A stretch of 64,000 nucleotides of DNA from a virus (taxonomy: Duplodnaviria; Caudoviricetes): the IMG/VR virus record IMGVR_UViG_3300032007_000061, positions 15,881-79,880 of that record; one strand, given 5' to 3'. The position numbers and the translations under genes were made by a program. This document shows, in pieces, positions 16,548 through 26,037 of the stretch. The notes under the pieces were generated by a model. It searched no databases. It worked only from the letters and a program-made list of their open reading frames with translations, and was not told the DNA's origin. Position 1 is the stretch's first letter, and each line of letters opens with the position of its first letter.

Positions 16548-17534
16548 CTACTTTTTGATGATGTTATACTTCATGTCTTGCTTCTTGAAAAAATAGGTTA
16601 TCAAGTCGAGAGGATTCGTGAACACGGTGCTGCCAATCTCATTGGCATATATCTTATGTTCCTCCATCTGCTTGTCTGTCGGAACGATGTATGCTATCAG
16701 AGCGCCGCTACTTGAAATGTCGATGGATATATTGCGTATGGGGGCTTCCATAGCGACATCATTGTGAATATAGTAAAGCTTGGTTCCGATTGCCAGGTAC
16801 TCAAATGTCTGAGTGTTGTTCTGGACGGTCTTGGTGTTCTGTCTCATAGTAACGTCCTCCTTCTGTTTTGTTCGTGTAGCGTCAGATGCTTTCTTCTGTT
16901 CATTTCTCTTTTTCCTGTTATCGCTCATGCACTGTTTGCAGGTGTTGGCGATATGGTCAACATTACTGCTACAGGTTTGGAACTCTGTCATAGGCTTGAT
17001 AACATGGCATTGTCTGCACTCTTTGGTATCTGGAGCAAATGATAGTGCGTATGCCCTCTTTATCCGGCGATCGTAGTCAAACGGCATTTTGGGATTGGAC
17101 TGCACTTCTTTTTCAGCATTAATCCTTTCACGTCTCGCCTTTTCTGTTACTCTTCGTCTGGCATTTCTGCACTCCTTGCATTTGTAGTCATATCCGTCTT
17201 TGGACTGTTTGTTGTGCTGGAACTCAGACAACGGCTTTGCTTGGCCACAGCACTTGCAAAACTTATAGCCCTCTGGAATACCAGTTTTTGACTTCTTCTT
17301 TTGGGCAGCTTTCTTCTGATATTCCCACTGCATCTTGTTCCAGCATTTCTTACAGCAGTATTTCAGCCCGTCTTTCATGTTCTTGTCCTTGTAGAACTCA
17401 GACTCAGGCAGAATCTCGCCACAATGCTGACATCGCTTGTACCCGATTGGAACATTTGGGTCCTGGGGGTTGGTCACTTGCCGCTTCCTTGGTGCGGCGA
17501 TTGTCGTGGTGCTACTTATCACACTACTTTCCAT
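16548..17534 (-). CDS. Protein with three C4 zinc-finger-like repeats
   Basis: KRCQHC..EF..DG...CKKC, KFCKCC..EF..DG...CKEC, KECRQC..EF.....CKQC. Confidence 0.8.
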   Translation of the reverse strand: MESSVISSTTTIAAPRKRQVTNPQDPNVPIGYKRCQHCGEILPESEFYKDKNMKDGLKYCCKKCWNKMQWEYQKKAAQKKKSKTGIPEGYKFCKCCGQAKPLSEFQHNKQSKDGYDYKCKECRNARRRVTEKARRERINAEKEVQSNPKMPFDYDRRIKRAYALSFAPDTKECRQCHVIKPMTEFQTCSSNVDHIANTCKQCMSDNRKKRNEQKKASDATRTKQKEDVTMRQNTKTVQNNTQTFEYLAIGTKLYYIHNDVAMEAPIRNISIDISSSGALIAYIVPTDKQMEEHKIYANEIGSTVFTNPLDLITYFFKKQDMKYNIIKK

Positions 17535-17570
17535 AATCAAATTGTATTAAAGGTGAAATGAATAAGATGC

Positions 17571-17599
17571 AAAAAAAAGCAGCCCAAATTGGACTGCTT
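17571..17599 (-). terminator. Terminator of the low-GC cassette
   Basis: AAGCAG/CTGCTT stem with a T8 tail on the minus strand. Confidence 0.7.
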
Positions 17600-17624
17600 A
17601 GATATATTATGAAAGTTATCTGCT

Positions 17625-18464
17625 TTATTTAAAGAAAGTTTTCTTTTTCTTGGCTTGTTTGGCGGCTTTCTTAGCTTGTTTTCGTTCCCATCTGCTCTCC
17701 CATATAGAAGTATCACTTTGTTGCTTTTTGTATAACTTATGTGTTGACAAGCTATTGATGTGGTAGGTTTCATCATTCCTAAACAACCATTCAATTCTGT
17801 TCCAAAAATCCATAGCCTCCTTTTTTGTTATAGAGTTTTCATTTGTTTCTTTTAGGAACAGTTCTTTTGCTTTATCAATCCCAATTCTATCTTTGATGTA
17901 GCTTTTATACACATTAATGCTTATATTTGGAAGGAGATAATGATAATTGCACTTCCCAGCTTTTCTTTTTATCCAGATTTCCTGCCAAGTTATATCAGAA
18001 TCAGCATATTGGTATTTATTATCAGTTGTATCAAATGGTTGTGAAATTAATTCTATTATGCAACATAAAGAACCTAACGATCCGCCTAAAACACCGATGA
18101 AATACAAATAACAATCATTATCAGGTATATCTTTTCGGAACAAGAAATTATCACCTGTATTAAGTGTTATTATATCTATGCAGTCCCTAACAAAATTCAC
18201 AATGCCAGGAATTGCCCAATAAAGCGGTAAACACAACAAACCGGCAAAGACAAATGGCACAAGTGGCGGCAAAAGCACATATTTTAAATCACTATCATTT
18301 GTTATATAATTTGCAGAATTTAAGAATACTGCAATATATAACGGCACAAATAATAAGCACATGATATAAGGCGCAATGATACAGAAGATGAGTACGAAGC
18401 ACCCCAGTCCCATAGCAGCTTGTGAAGCGGCTTTATTTGGCATGTATAATATTCCGAAGTCCAT
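17625..18464 (-). CDS. Low-GC multi-pass membrane protein
   Basis: 3-4 hydrophobic segments in the N-terminal half; basic C-term. Confidence 0.75.
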   Translation of the reverse strand: MDFGILYMPNKAASQAAMGLGCFVLIFCIIAPYIMCLLFVPLYIAVFLNSANYITNDSDLKYVLLPPLVPFVFAGLLCLPLYWAIPGIVNFVRDCIDIITLNTGDNFLFRKDIPDNDCYLYFIGVLGGSLGSLCCIIELISQPFDTTDNKYQYADSDITWQEIWIKRKAGKCNYHYLLPNISINVYKSYIKDRIGIDKAKELFLKETNENSITKKEAMDFWNRIEWLFRNDETYHINSLSTHKLYKKQQSDTSIWESRWERKQAKKAAKQAKKKKTFFK

Positions 18465-18467
18465 ACG

Positions 18468-19085
18468 CTAATAAATTAAATCATCATCTTCAATCAAATT
18501 GCAACCTGAAACAAAGTGACTGTTGCGTTTTGGTTTTCCTTCCCTAATTGTCATGTTATAATCGTCTACTATTTTGCAAAACAAATCATCTTGTTGTTCG
18601 CATATAGTCCAATTATTACAACGAAATCTTATGCTTATTTCATATTTTTCATCATACCAATGGAGCCTCTTTCTTGATAAAACAACTTTAGTGGACGATT
18701 TGATGTATTGCTTAATAAAAATGCCGTCACCAATTTCCTTTGCAAACCATTCAACTGGCAATTTATATTTACGGAATTGCCTGTATAAATCTGTAATGTC
18801 ATACCTTATCGGATATGACGAATAAATTATTTTTAATAGACCGCCATAGTCATTTAAGTCTTTGGAATTTGGCAAATGAAGACAGAAGCGATATTTATAT
18901 TTAAGTAACGGATCGAAGTCGGATATATCATCAAACGTATTAAGAATGAAGTCGGTAACATCTGCCGGAAAACACATTGCCAGCTTACGATATTGTTCAT
19001 TAAAGTAAACAACATCTGGTGATACGGATTTCTCAAGTGATACGTAAATCCGTTTTCCTTTCTTTTTTCTTTTTGTTTTAGGCAT
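18468..19085 (-). CDS. Low-GC hypothetical soluble protein
   Basis: 205-aa AT-rich ORF, 3 nt from its partner gene. Confidence 0.75.
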   Translation of the reverse strand: MPKTKRKKKGKRIYVSLEKSVSPDVVYFNEQYRKLAMCFPADVTDFILNTFDDISDFDPLLKYKYRFCLHLPNSKDLNDYGGLLKIIYSSYPIRYDITDLYRQFRKYKLPVEWFAKEIGDGIFIKQYIKSSTKVVLSRKRLHWYDEKYEISIRFRCNNWTICEQQDDLFCKIVDDYNMTIREGKPKRNSHFVSGCNLIEDDDLIY

Positions 19086-19287
19086 TGTTATTGCATCATT
19101 TTCATCCAGTTCTCGAAAGAAAAGCAGGGCACAAAGAAAGTGGACCGCCCTCTATGCCATGCAAGGTATCGCCAAACACCCGTAAAAATGCACAGATGGG
19201 CAGCCCACATAGTGAACTGCCGCCTGTGCCTCAATCTCACTGGTTGAAATTTGGCGATTTCTGCATGGTGAGACACATTCGTCTGTG

Positions 19288-19295
19288 CAAAGATA
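19288..19295 (-). promoter_or_regulatory. Bacteroidetes -7 promoter element driving the low-GC cassette
   Basis: TATCTTTG on the minus strand. Confidence 0.6.
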
Positions 19296-19353
19296 CGGAA
19301 TGTTTTGGAAAACTTTACTTGTTAATGAACAAAATTAAGTTTTCTTAAAACAA

Positions 19354-20205
19354 TTATTCTGTAATATAATTACGCTCTAAGAACTGACGCTGCAAATCGG
19401 ATGCCAGCAAGTAAGCATCTGGATGAGCATGAACCTTGTCACAGCGCAGGAAGAAGAAATGCTTCCAGTCTGAAACAAATGCCGTATGTACGAGGTCGGT
19501 TGCCGTGTCAAGTGGAAGAACGATACGTGCTTGCTGAGGTTTCCAACCACGATTCAGTAGTTCCATGTAGTCCTCTTCGGCATTGAGCATACTTGTAATC
19601 CAAATCTCAGTTGCCGAAGCATCCTTCTTGCGAGTGACGCGCTTGAACTTACCAATTCGGTCTAACTCCTCATCGTCAATCCACGAGGGTTTCACCACCT
19701 TAATCTCATTGCCGAACTTGTCAGCACTGTAGTTGCAGTAGCGAGTTGATTGCTCGGCGATTGAATCCACACGATGACGGTTGAACTCCCTGCTGATAGC
19801 AATCTGACACTGGAAGCGAACTGTCACACGTCTTTCGTGCATAGGTCCTTGCTCCACCAGATATTTCAACAAGTCCTCCAGTTTGTTCTCGATTATTACG
19901 CGGTAGTTAGTGCTGACAAACATACTGCCAGCTTCCTCAATGGCAGACACCTTTGAGTACGGATTCTTGTCAAATGCCTCATAAGCAGTCTTGCTGTAAG
20001 GCATCTGCAGATACACGGCTCCATGCTCCAGCATAGCACCATGACCTGACTTAACCATGTTATCGACAAATGGTTTGGCAGTACCCTCACCAATACGATG
20101 GCTGGAAGCATAACAGCTACGGCCAGCCTTTTCAATTTGAGCATAAAGGCCATCCAGTCCGGCACCTTGCTCGATAATTTCTACACTCGGTTTAATAATT
20201 CTCAT
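19354..20205 (-). CDS. thyX: FAD-dependent thymidylate synthase
   Basis: SREFNRHRVDSIAEQSTRYC (RHRx7SxR); GHGAMLEH; QQARIVLP. Confidence 0.93.
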   Translation of the reverse strand: MRIIKPSVEIIEQGAGLDGLYAQIEKAGRSCYASSHRIGEGTAKPFVDNMVKSGHGAMLEHGAVYLQMPYSKTAYEAFDKNPYSKVSAIEEAGSMFVSTNYRVIIENKLEDLLKYLVEQGPMHERRVTVRFQCQIAISREFNRHRVDSIAEQSTRYCNYSADKFGNEIKVVKPSWIDDEELDRIGKFKRVTRKKDASATEIWITSMLNAEEDYMELLNRGWKPQQARIVLPLDTATDLVHTAFVSDWKHFFFLRCDKVHAHPDAYLLASDLQRQFLERNYITE

Positions 20206-20223
20206 AATCTAATCTCTTATAAT

Positions 20224-20439
20224 TTACGATTGTTTAATCCACTTCAATGCTTCTTTCTCGCTGTCAAACTCTTCAATCCAGCAGTCACAAGTGATATTGT
20301 CAAATGCCACCCACTTACCAGTTTTCTTGTCCTGATAGTAGCCTGCATCACCTTCATAAGCTGGATAGTGGTCGGTGTCATCTTTGCTTTTCAGGATGAT
20401 GCCGACAATTTCTTCCGCATAGTCGTGAGTGTATATCAT
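20224..20439 (-). CDS. Hypothetical protein
   Basis: WVAFDN..DCWIEEFDSEKEALKW; operon packing. Confidence 0.75.
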   Translation of the reverse strand: MIYTHDYAEEIVGIILKSKDDTDHYPAYEGDAGYYQDKKTGKWVAFDNITCDCWIEEFDSEKEALKWIKQS

Positions 20440-20789
20440 AGTCGCTGTGATTCTGCAATCAATAGTTCAACAATCTGTTGTCGCTCACTAACAGAGAGAT
20501 CATCAAAGTCCACGTCAACCTCAAAAGCTGGGTAGTCCAGATGACATATAATCGAATCGCCTGAATGGTCATCACCCCAAAAGAAGATGGACTCCAGTTC
20601 ATATCGCCCATTCATTCCAGTGACGGCTCCAATCAGACCGCCCATATTACGGCCATTGTCAATCAGAATGGTCCGTACAAGCTCATCCTGCTCTTTCCGA
20701 ACATTCTGGATATGTTCATTCAGAATATCGTGCGCACACTCATACTTTGCCATAGTTTCATTTTTTATGATAATGAATTTCCCACTCAT
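20436..20789 (-). CDS. Hypothetical protein
   Basis: Operon packing. Confidence 0.7.
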   Translation of the reverse strand: MSGKFIIIKNETMAKYECAHDILNEHIQNVRKEQDELVRTILIDNGRNMGGLIGAVTGMNGRYELESIFFWGDDHSGDSIICHLDYPAFEVDVDFDDLSVSERQQIVELLIAESQRL

Positions 20790-21018
20790 TCAGATTAGGA
20801 ATCACGCAACCAACAACAAGCTCCTGCAAAAAGCCTCTCAGTTTGTGCTTTTCCTCGTCAGTGTTGTTTCCATAAATAGTAGCAGCAGCAATCATTACTT
20901 GCCGGACATTGAGACAAAATTGCGACCAGTCTTGCGGACATGGCTCCTGGTACATCACTTCATCAAGTTTCTTTTTGACATCGGCAATGTACTTCTCATC
21001 GAATTTCTTTTTCGCCAT
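20758..21018 (-). CDS. Hypothetical protein
   Basis: AACTATG start context. Confidence 0.7.
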   Translation of the reverse strand: MAKKKFDEKYIADVKKKLDEVMYQEPCPQDWSQFCLNVRQVMIAAATIYGNNTDEEKHKLRGFLQELVVGCVIPNLNEWEIHYHKK

Positions 21019-21035
21019 AGTTGTAGGGTGTTTGA

Positions 21036-21281
21036 TTATTCGTACAAGTCGTATAGTTTGAAGATTATCTCATCTTCATCACACTCATTAAGCCACCAGC
21101 CCTCTGGAAGGTCATTGTCGGCACCATATTCCTCCATCAGGTCTGAAATCTTACCACATAGGCCGTCATCAATCATCCTGAGAGGGCAACGGTCTCTATC
21201 CATGTGATGAATAGCATGTTCAACATCTATCTGCTCCACATTGTCCTTGACATACTGGAGTGCTTTCTGAAAGTCTGTCAT
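21036..21281 (-). CDS. Small acidic protein
   Basis: ATGA overlap; D/E rich. Confidence 0.75.
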   Translation of the reverse strand: MTDFQKALQYVKDNVEQIDVEHAIHHMDRDRCPLRMIDDGLCGKISDLMEEYGADNDLPEGWWLNECDEDEIIFKLYDLYE

Positions 21282-21631
21282 AGTTTTCTCAATACGTTTT
21301 TCATTTCATTGAATACGATACAGAGCGCATCAAGCGTCAGGAAGTGAGAGGATTTGACATAATCACCGGCAAACCCAAGCATGAAGAAATCCTGCTCTGG
21401 ATTCCAGGAAATGCGGTCAGCAAGTATGGTCTCAGTCTCAAGGCAGACGAACTTACCATTTCGCTTCTTCGTCTTTGTCATACGAATCATCAGCATTTGA
21501 GTGAACTGAATGTCAATGGACGGGTCAATGCCAGTCTCTTTGCATAGAGCGATAATTGCACAAACAGAGGCCCAACGGAACTTTTCTTTGCCCCACTCAA
21601 ACTGATCTGCTATAGATTTCTTGATTTTCAT
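21278..21631 (-). CDS. Hypothetical protein
   Basis: ATGA overlaps at both ends. Confidence 0.75.
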   Translation of the reverse strand: MKIKKSIADQFEWGKEKFRWASVCAIIALCKETGIDPSIDIQFTQMLMIRMTKTKKRNGKFVCLETETILADRISWNPEQDFFMLGFAGDYVKSSHFLTLDALCIVFNEMKNVLRKL

Positions 21632-21963
21632 TGTTCTTCGTCTTTAATTTCATAACACAACAAGTCATCTGGGAAAGCATAGTTGTCGAATACCTCAGTG
21701 AATCCAACAACATTACCGCCACAACCATGTATCTCATGCTGCTCAACTGAACCGCCATCATTATCGAAAGGCGCATCAACCTCATTCTCGCCAATCCAAA
21801 AGCTCTTAACATTGAGATTGTTCACAAAGTAGATGCTTCCAGTATGATGATCAGAGAACGAATACACACCAGCGTTCTTCATGCGCTTTGCAGCAGCCAG
21901 GAACTCGTCAACCAACTGTTGCTGGTAGTCGGTCAGCTTCAATAGTCCTTTGTCAGTTGCCAT
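21628..21963 (-). CDS. Hypothetical protein
   Basis: Operon packing. Confidence 0.75.
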   Translation of the reverse strand: MATDKGLLKLTDYQQQLVDEFLAAAKRMKNAGVYSFSDHHTGSIYFVNNLNVKSFWIGENEVDAPFDNDGGSVEQHEIHGCGGNVVGFTEVFDNYAFPDDLLCYEIKDEEQ

Positions 21964-21968
21964 AATCT

Positions 21969-22490
21969 TTACGTTTTAAGTGTTCCGTTTTCTTTATCGT
22001 ACTTGGTTTCGATATGAGAAATCACATCAATAATCTCACAGATAACATTGAGAGGAAGGTTCTGGACGTACTCATGGTCAGGCTCCGAAAGGCCATCCTT
22101 GAACTCCAAACCATCATTGTAGAGCGTATAGTATTTCAGGTGTTCACCATGCTCTTCGTCAACTTCCAAATAGAGGCACTGGAAAGCCCAATAGGTGAAA
22201 TGCTCATCCAGTTCATTGCGCAGCTCATCAGTCGTTTCGCAGTCAAGGTTGATGTCTGGCAGGACGTTATTGATGGTCGGAAAGTAGCAACCACCATTGT
22301 CGAAGAAGTTATAGACCTTGGTAATGGTAACGCCCTCTTCATCGCCCTCATCTATGCCAAACTCATTATAATCGTAGTCCGTAAACTCATCACCATTAAT
22401 GCGGACAAACTCTTTCAGTTTGTTCACCAGAATACTCTTTACCAGGTACTCGGTGTCAAGCAATTCTTTTACTCGCTTACTCTTTTCCAT
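21969..22490 (-). CDS. Acidic hypothetical protein
   Basis: D/E rich; operon packing. Confidence 0.75.
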   Translation of the reverse strand: MEKSKRVKELLDTEYLVKSILVNKLKEFVRINGDEFTDYDYNEFGIDEGDEEGVTITKVYNFFDNGGCYFPTINNVLPDINLDCETTDELRNELDEHFTYWAFQCLYLEVDEEHGEHLKYYTLYNDGLEFKDGLSEPDHEYVQNLPLNVICEIIDVISHIETKYDKENGTLKT

Positions 22491-23226
22491 CAACGTAATA
22501 GTCTAAAAGTTGTTGGTAGATATTTGTCATTTCCTCACCAAAGACGTGTAGCATCCTATCGTGAACAGATACAGGAAAGTCTTTCATAATGTTGTCGAAC
22601 TCAGGATTATCGAACCCAAGCTCCAAATGTGTGAGAGATATTTTTATGCCCTCTTTCTCACACCTGTCATGGAACAACTGGCATTGGCAGTTCCATATCG
22701 TCTTATCATCACGAATTGGGTCCATTGATGGCAAGAATGAAATCGGACCCCATCCGAATGACGGCCACATAGAATGACGCTCACATATCCATCCAGTCGT
22801 ATCGAACCAGTAGATTTCTTTGAGACGCTTCTGCTGCAGCTCATTGAATCTCTCCCATAACTGGACGAATCCCATATATCGCTCCAAATCAAGGTTGCGT
22901 ATGGAATAGAACTCTTGTCTTGCACAATGACCACAGCAATCTCCACTATTAAGATTGTCATTTGTGAGCGAGAAGTATAACACACGATCGCCATAACGCT
23001 CACGGTAAGTATTCCAGTCCTCAGTTCGCATGGAGAACCTGGGAATGGTGTAACGCTTTGCCTTTGCTATGCGCTTCCATCCAGTTCCATAGATGAATAC
23101 TTCTTTTGCGTCAGGCTCTTCCAATGGATAGAATTGCCCGTTCAGTTTAACAGCCACAATATCTTTCGCCATATCTTCTGGATTGGCTCTGTAATTGGGC
23201 TTGATGTTAATAAATCTCAGTTCCAT
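22477..23226 (-). CDS. Hypothetical protein
   Basis: Start MELRFINIK in an ACAACTATG context. Confidence 0.75.
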   Translation of the reverse strand: MELRFINIKPNYRANPEDMAKDIVAVKLNGQFYPLEEPDAKEVFIYGTGWKRIAKAKRYTIPRFSMRTEDWNTYRERYGDRVLYFSLTNDNLNSGDCCGHCARQEFYSIRNLDLERYMGFVQLWERFNELQQKRLKEIYWFDTTGWICERHSMWPSFGWGPISFLPSMDPIRDDKTIWNCQCQLFHDRCEKEGIKISLTHLELGFDNPEFDNIMKDFPVSVHDRMLHVFGEEMTNIYQQLLDYYVDGKE

Positions 23227-23240
23227 AGTTGTCGTAGGGT

Positions 23241-23480
23241 TTAGAATAATCTTTCTTCTTGCGGTAGAGAATTGTAGTAGTCGTAGTCGGAATACTGGTG
23301 AACATACTCCAGAATCTCTTGTTGTCTGCAATTAGGGTCAGTGGCATTTGTTGCCTCCTGCCACTCTTTTCGCATATCCCAATATCCATTAGGTCTTTTA
23401 CGTCCTAACAGATGATTGCCAGTCTCATTGTCGCAGGCCACTTGTGATAGCAGCTCTTTTTCATAATCAGTGATAAACAT
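23241..23480 (-). CDS. Hypothetical protein
   Basis: Operon packing. Confidence 0.7.
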   Translation of the reverse strand: MFITDYEKELLSQVACDNETGNHLLGRKRPNGYWDMRKEWQEATNATDPNCRQQEILEYVHQYSDYDYYNSLPQEERLF

Positions 23481-23491
23481 AATAGTGATTG

Positions 23492-24331
23492 TTAGATAAG
23501 TTTGCTTCCGTCACATGATAAATAATGTTTCTGAATAATCTGTTTTGCTTCAATCATTTCATGCAAATCATCAAGTGTGTACTGATTTTCAAGCGTCCAA
23601 AAGAGAAGTCGCTGGGCATCATGCTCTGCTACCAGTTTCTTCTCAGTATCGCCATAATCACAGGTTCTCCATGCCTCGACGAAGTTGCAGTTTTTCCACA
23701 GCCTGCCGATGGCATGATACAAGTCCCAATAGAGATTGTTCCAGCAAACCGCGTCATTGAAATAGAGCCAGATGATGTCTGTATCGAACACCAGGTCATT
23801 CCCAAACCGCCAGTAGTATTTACCACAATCTTTCTGCATGGATTCTGGTAGTCTGTAGTACTGCTCCCATTCGTCGGTGTTGGCATACAGGAACCTCTCG
23901 ACTGGGCCAGCCTTTCTGACTGCATCGGGATAGAAGTCGGACGTGTCGATTTTAGGCTTTACCGTCTCGTGTTCGTCAGGTTCGACCAATATGCGGACAT
24001 ATCCACCAGCTTTCTTCGGGGTATGGCTATAGACGTAGAGGTCGGCCACGTCGAGCTTGTTCTTGAAGTCATATTCGAACTCATCCTGCATTTTATAGAT
24101 GTCGCGGTCGGATTCAGACAGCGAGTGCTCATCATCATTGCCAACGTTCATGATATGCTCGAACAACTCCTGAAATATGCTGTCCTCGATGAACTTACGC
24201 CAGCTATACGGGTTAGGACACCAATCTGGACACATAATGATGCCGTTCAATCCGAAAAAGTGAACTGATATGAAGCATCCAACAGGCTTTTCTTCATCCT
24301 GATAGAGTGGCTGGAAGATAATCTCATTCAT
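23492..24331 (-). CDS. Acidic aromatic-rich hypothetical protein
   Basis: 279-aa ORF in the operon. Confidence 0.8.
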   Translation of the reverse strand: MNEIIFQPLYQDEEKPVGCFISVHFFGLNGIIMCPDWCPNPYSWRKFIEDSIFQELFEHIMNVGNDDEHSLSESDRDIYKMQDEFEYDFKNKLDVADLYVYSHTPKKAGGYVRILVEPDEHETVKPKIDTSDFYPDAVRKAGPVERFLYANTDEWEQYYRLPESMQKDCGKYYWRFGNDLVFDTDIIWLYFNDAVCWNNLYWDLYHAIGRLWKNCNFVEAWRTCDYGDTEKKLVAEHDAQRLLFWTLENQYTLDDLHEMIEAKQIIQKHYLSCDGSKLI

Positions 24332-24335
24332 GTGG

Positions 24336-24638
24336 TTACTTCTTTACGATTTCAGATAGTCTATGGTGCACTCCGAATACTATAGCAATATCGAAGAAAC
24401 ATTCTGGTAAGCTGGAATCAAACTGTCTGCCGGTGTAAGTCTCAATCTGAATACTCAAATCGGCATTTTCTTCTATGTCATACGTCGATGGGTATGTCAT
24501 CACTATCGGGTCATCAAAGAGCGGAACATCACCAGCCTCATCAATCTGGATGGCGATGCCGTTCTTGAACTTCATTCTCACTGCCTTTTCCTCGCCGTCT
24601 GGCATGGTCAGCAAGATTTCATCGATATATGGTTCCAT
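24336..24638 (-). CDS. Hypothetical protein
   Basis: Operon packing. Confidence 0.7.
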   Translation of the reverse strand: MEPYIDEILLTMPDGEEKAVRMKFKNGIAIQIDEAGDVPLFDDPIVMTYPSTYDIEENADLSIQIETYTGRQFDSSLPECFFDIAIVFGVHHRLSEIVKK

Positions 24639-24641
24639 AGG

Positions 24642-24878
24642 CTAATCGTCTAATATTCCATAGAGAGAACAACGCTTCTTCTCGATGATCACCATTTTAT
24701 TGAGCAATCCGTTGGCATTTGTAATATCATAGCACTTGCCTAATCGAGATTCAAACTGAGTGCTTTCAGAAGTCTCAACCTTGCTCCAATAGAGTTTTTC
24801 AAGAATCAGCTTCTTCAATGCCTCCATAGAACCAGCCGAACCCATCAAATGCAGGTCTTTCTTTGCTAAGTTTCTCAT
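24642..24878 (-). CDS. Hypothetical protein
   Basis: Operon packing. Confidence 0.7.
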   Translation of the reverse strand: MRNLAKKDLHLMGSAGSMEALKKLILEKLYWSKVETSESTQFESRLGKCYDITNANGLLNKMVIIEKKRCSLYGILDD

Positions 24879-24911
24879 ACCTTATTATTATATATGGTGA
24901 ATAGAATTGAA

Positions 24912-24931
24912 CCCGCCGGAGAACCGGCGGG
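24912..24931 (-). terminator. GC-rich hairpin
   Basis: CCCGCCGG/CCGGCGGG 8-bp stem between genes. Confidence 0.55.
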
Positions 24932-24940
24932 CACGGTGGC

Positions 24941-25759
24941 TTAGGCGGTTGGCTTTTCGATGATGAAGTTGTTTTCCTCTGTGTTGATGTCGCCGATACC
25001 TTTGAGGGCACGGCCAGCACGGTCAAGTTCGAGGTCATACGATTCCTCTGTCTCAGCATCGCATTCAATTTCCCAGCCATAGTCTTTGATATTACTACGA
25101 TTGAAGCACATCACCGTGTTGTCAGCATAGTCGAACTCGATGGCAATGCCGGCCTTGTTGCACTCATCTATGACGGCCTGCAGACGGTCAACCAATGCGT
25201 TCTGCTCATCGGTCAAGAACAGGCGACGATAGACACCCTCACGGACGATGCACTCACCAGCTTTCTCCTGAACGATATAGTCATTGTACTTATAGACTTC
25301 CTCGGCACTGCGATATATGTCTGGAATGTCACAATCGAGCTGGGCAGTCTGGCCATCATAGTAGATGGTGACTTTCTCGGTATGCTCTTCCAGTCGCCAC
25401 TTGGTAGCCTGTCCGTTCTCATACACCCAAACGAATGGGCCAGTCTCATCGGTTTTGACCAGATATGCCCTGAACAAGTTCTTCATAATGTCCTCCAGCT
25501 TGTCATGGCGTACAGCGTTCTCCCTGGGGATTGATGCGCCACTGGTAAATGCAGCTTCACTTACATAATACTTACCATCAAGAGCAAGTCTGTGCGTCTG
25601 GCTCTCATCACCACCAAGGATGAATGTCTGCTCGGCCTTGTCCTCATCAAGATAATACGTGGTCTGTGCCGGCTGCATTGACACCAGCTTCTTTTCGTCC
25701 TCCAGATAGACGAACTTGGCGTTGGCCGTGTTGATCACTTCAAAATTCTTCTGTTCCAT
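24941..25759 (-). CDS. Hypothetical protein
   Basis: 272-aa ORF, AACTATG start. Confidence 0.8.
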   Translation of the reverse strand: MEQKNFEVINTANAKFVYLEDEKKLVSMQPAQTTYYLDEDKAEQTFILGGDESQTHRLALDGKYYVSEAAFTSGASIPRENAVRHDKLEDIMKNLFRAYLVKTDETGPFVWVYENGQATKWRLEEHTEKVTIYYDGQTAQLDCDIPDIYRSAEEVYKYNDYIVQEKAGECIVREGVYRRLFLTDEQNALVDRLQAVIDECNKAGIAIEFDYADNTVMCFNRSNIKDYGWEIECDAETEESYDLELDRAGRALKGIGDINTEENNFIIEKPTA

Positions 25760-25779
25760 AGTTGTTTGTTGTTTAATAA

Positions 25780-26034
25780 TTATTGTTTTGAGACTTCTGT
25801 AATCTCGTAATGTGTCATTTTGCAGCCGCTCTTTACACGAGCATCAAGAGCGGCTTGGTATTCGGCTTCTGTGTCAAACTCGTTAGCAACACAGTAGTCG
25901 TAAGGAGAGTATTTTTCCATTTGGTCGCGTATGTTGTCAATCTCTTTAACGGACTTCTTTCCATAGATTGCAACCTTTTCCTTGCAGCCATCATCCCATT
26001 CCTCGGTAAAGAGCCATTTGTATCGTCTCGACAT
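25780..26034 (-). CDS. Hypothetical protein
   Basis: Operon packing. Confidence 0.7.
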   Translation of the reverse strand: MSRRYKWLFTEEWDDGCKEKVAIYGKKSVKEIDNIRDQMEKYSPYDYCVANEFDTEAEYQAALDARVKSGCKMTHYEITEVSKQ

Positions 26035-26037
26035 AGC

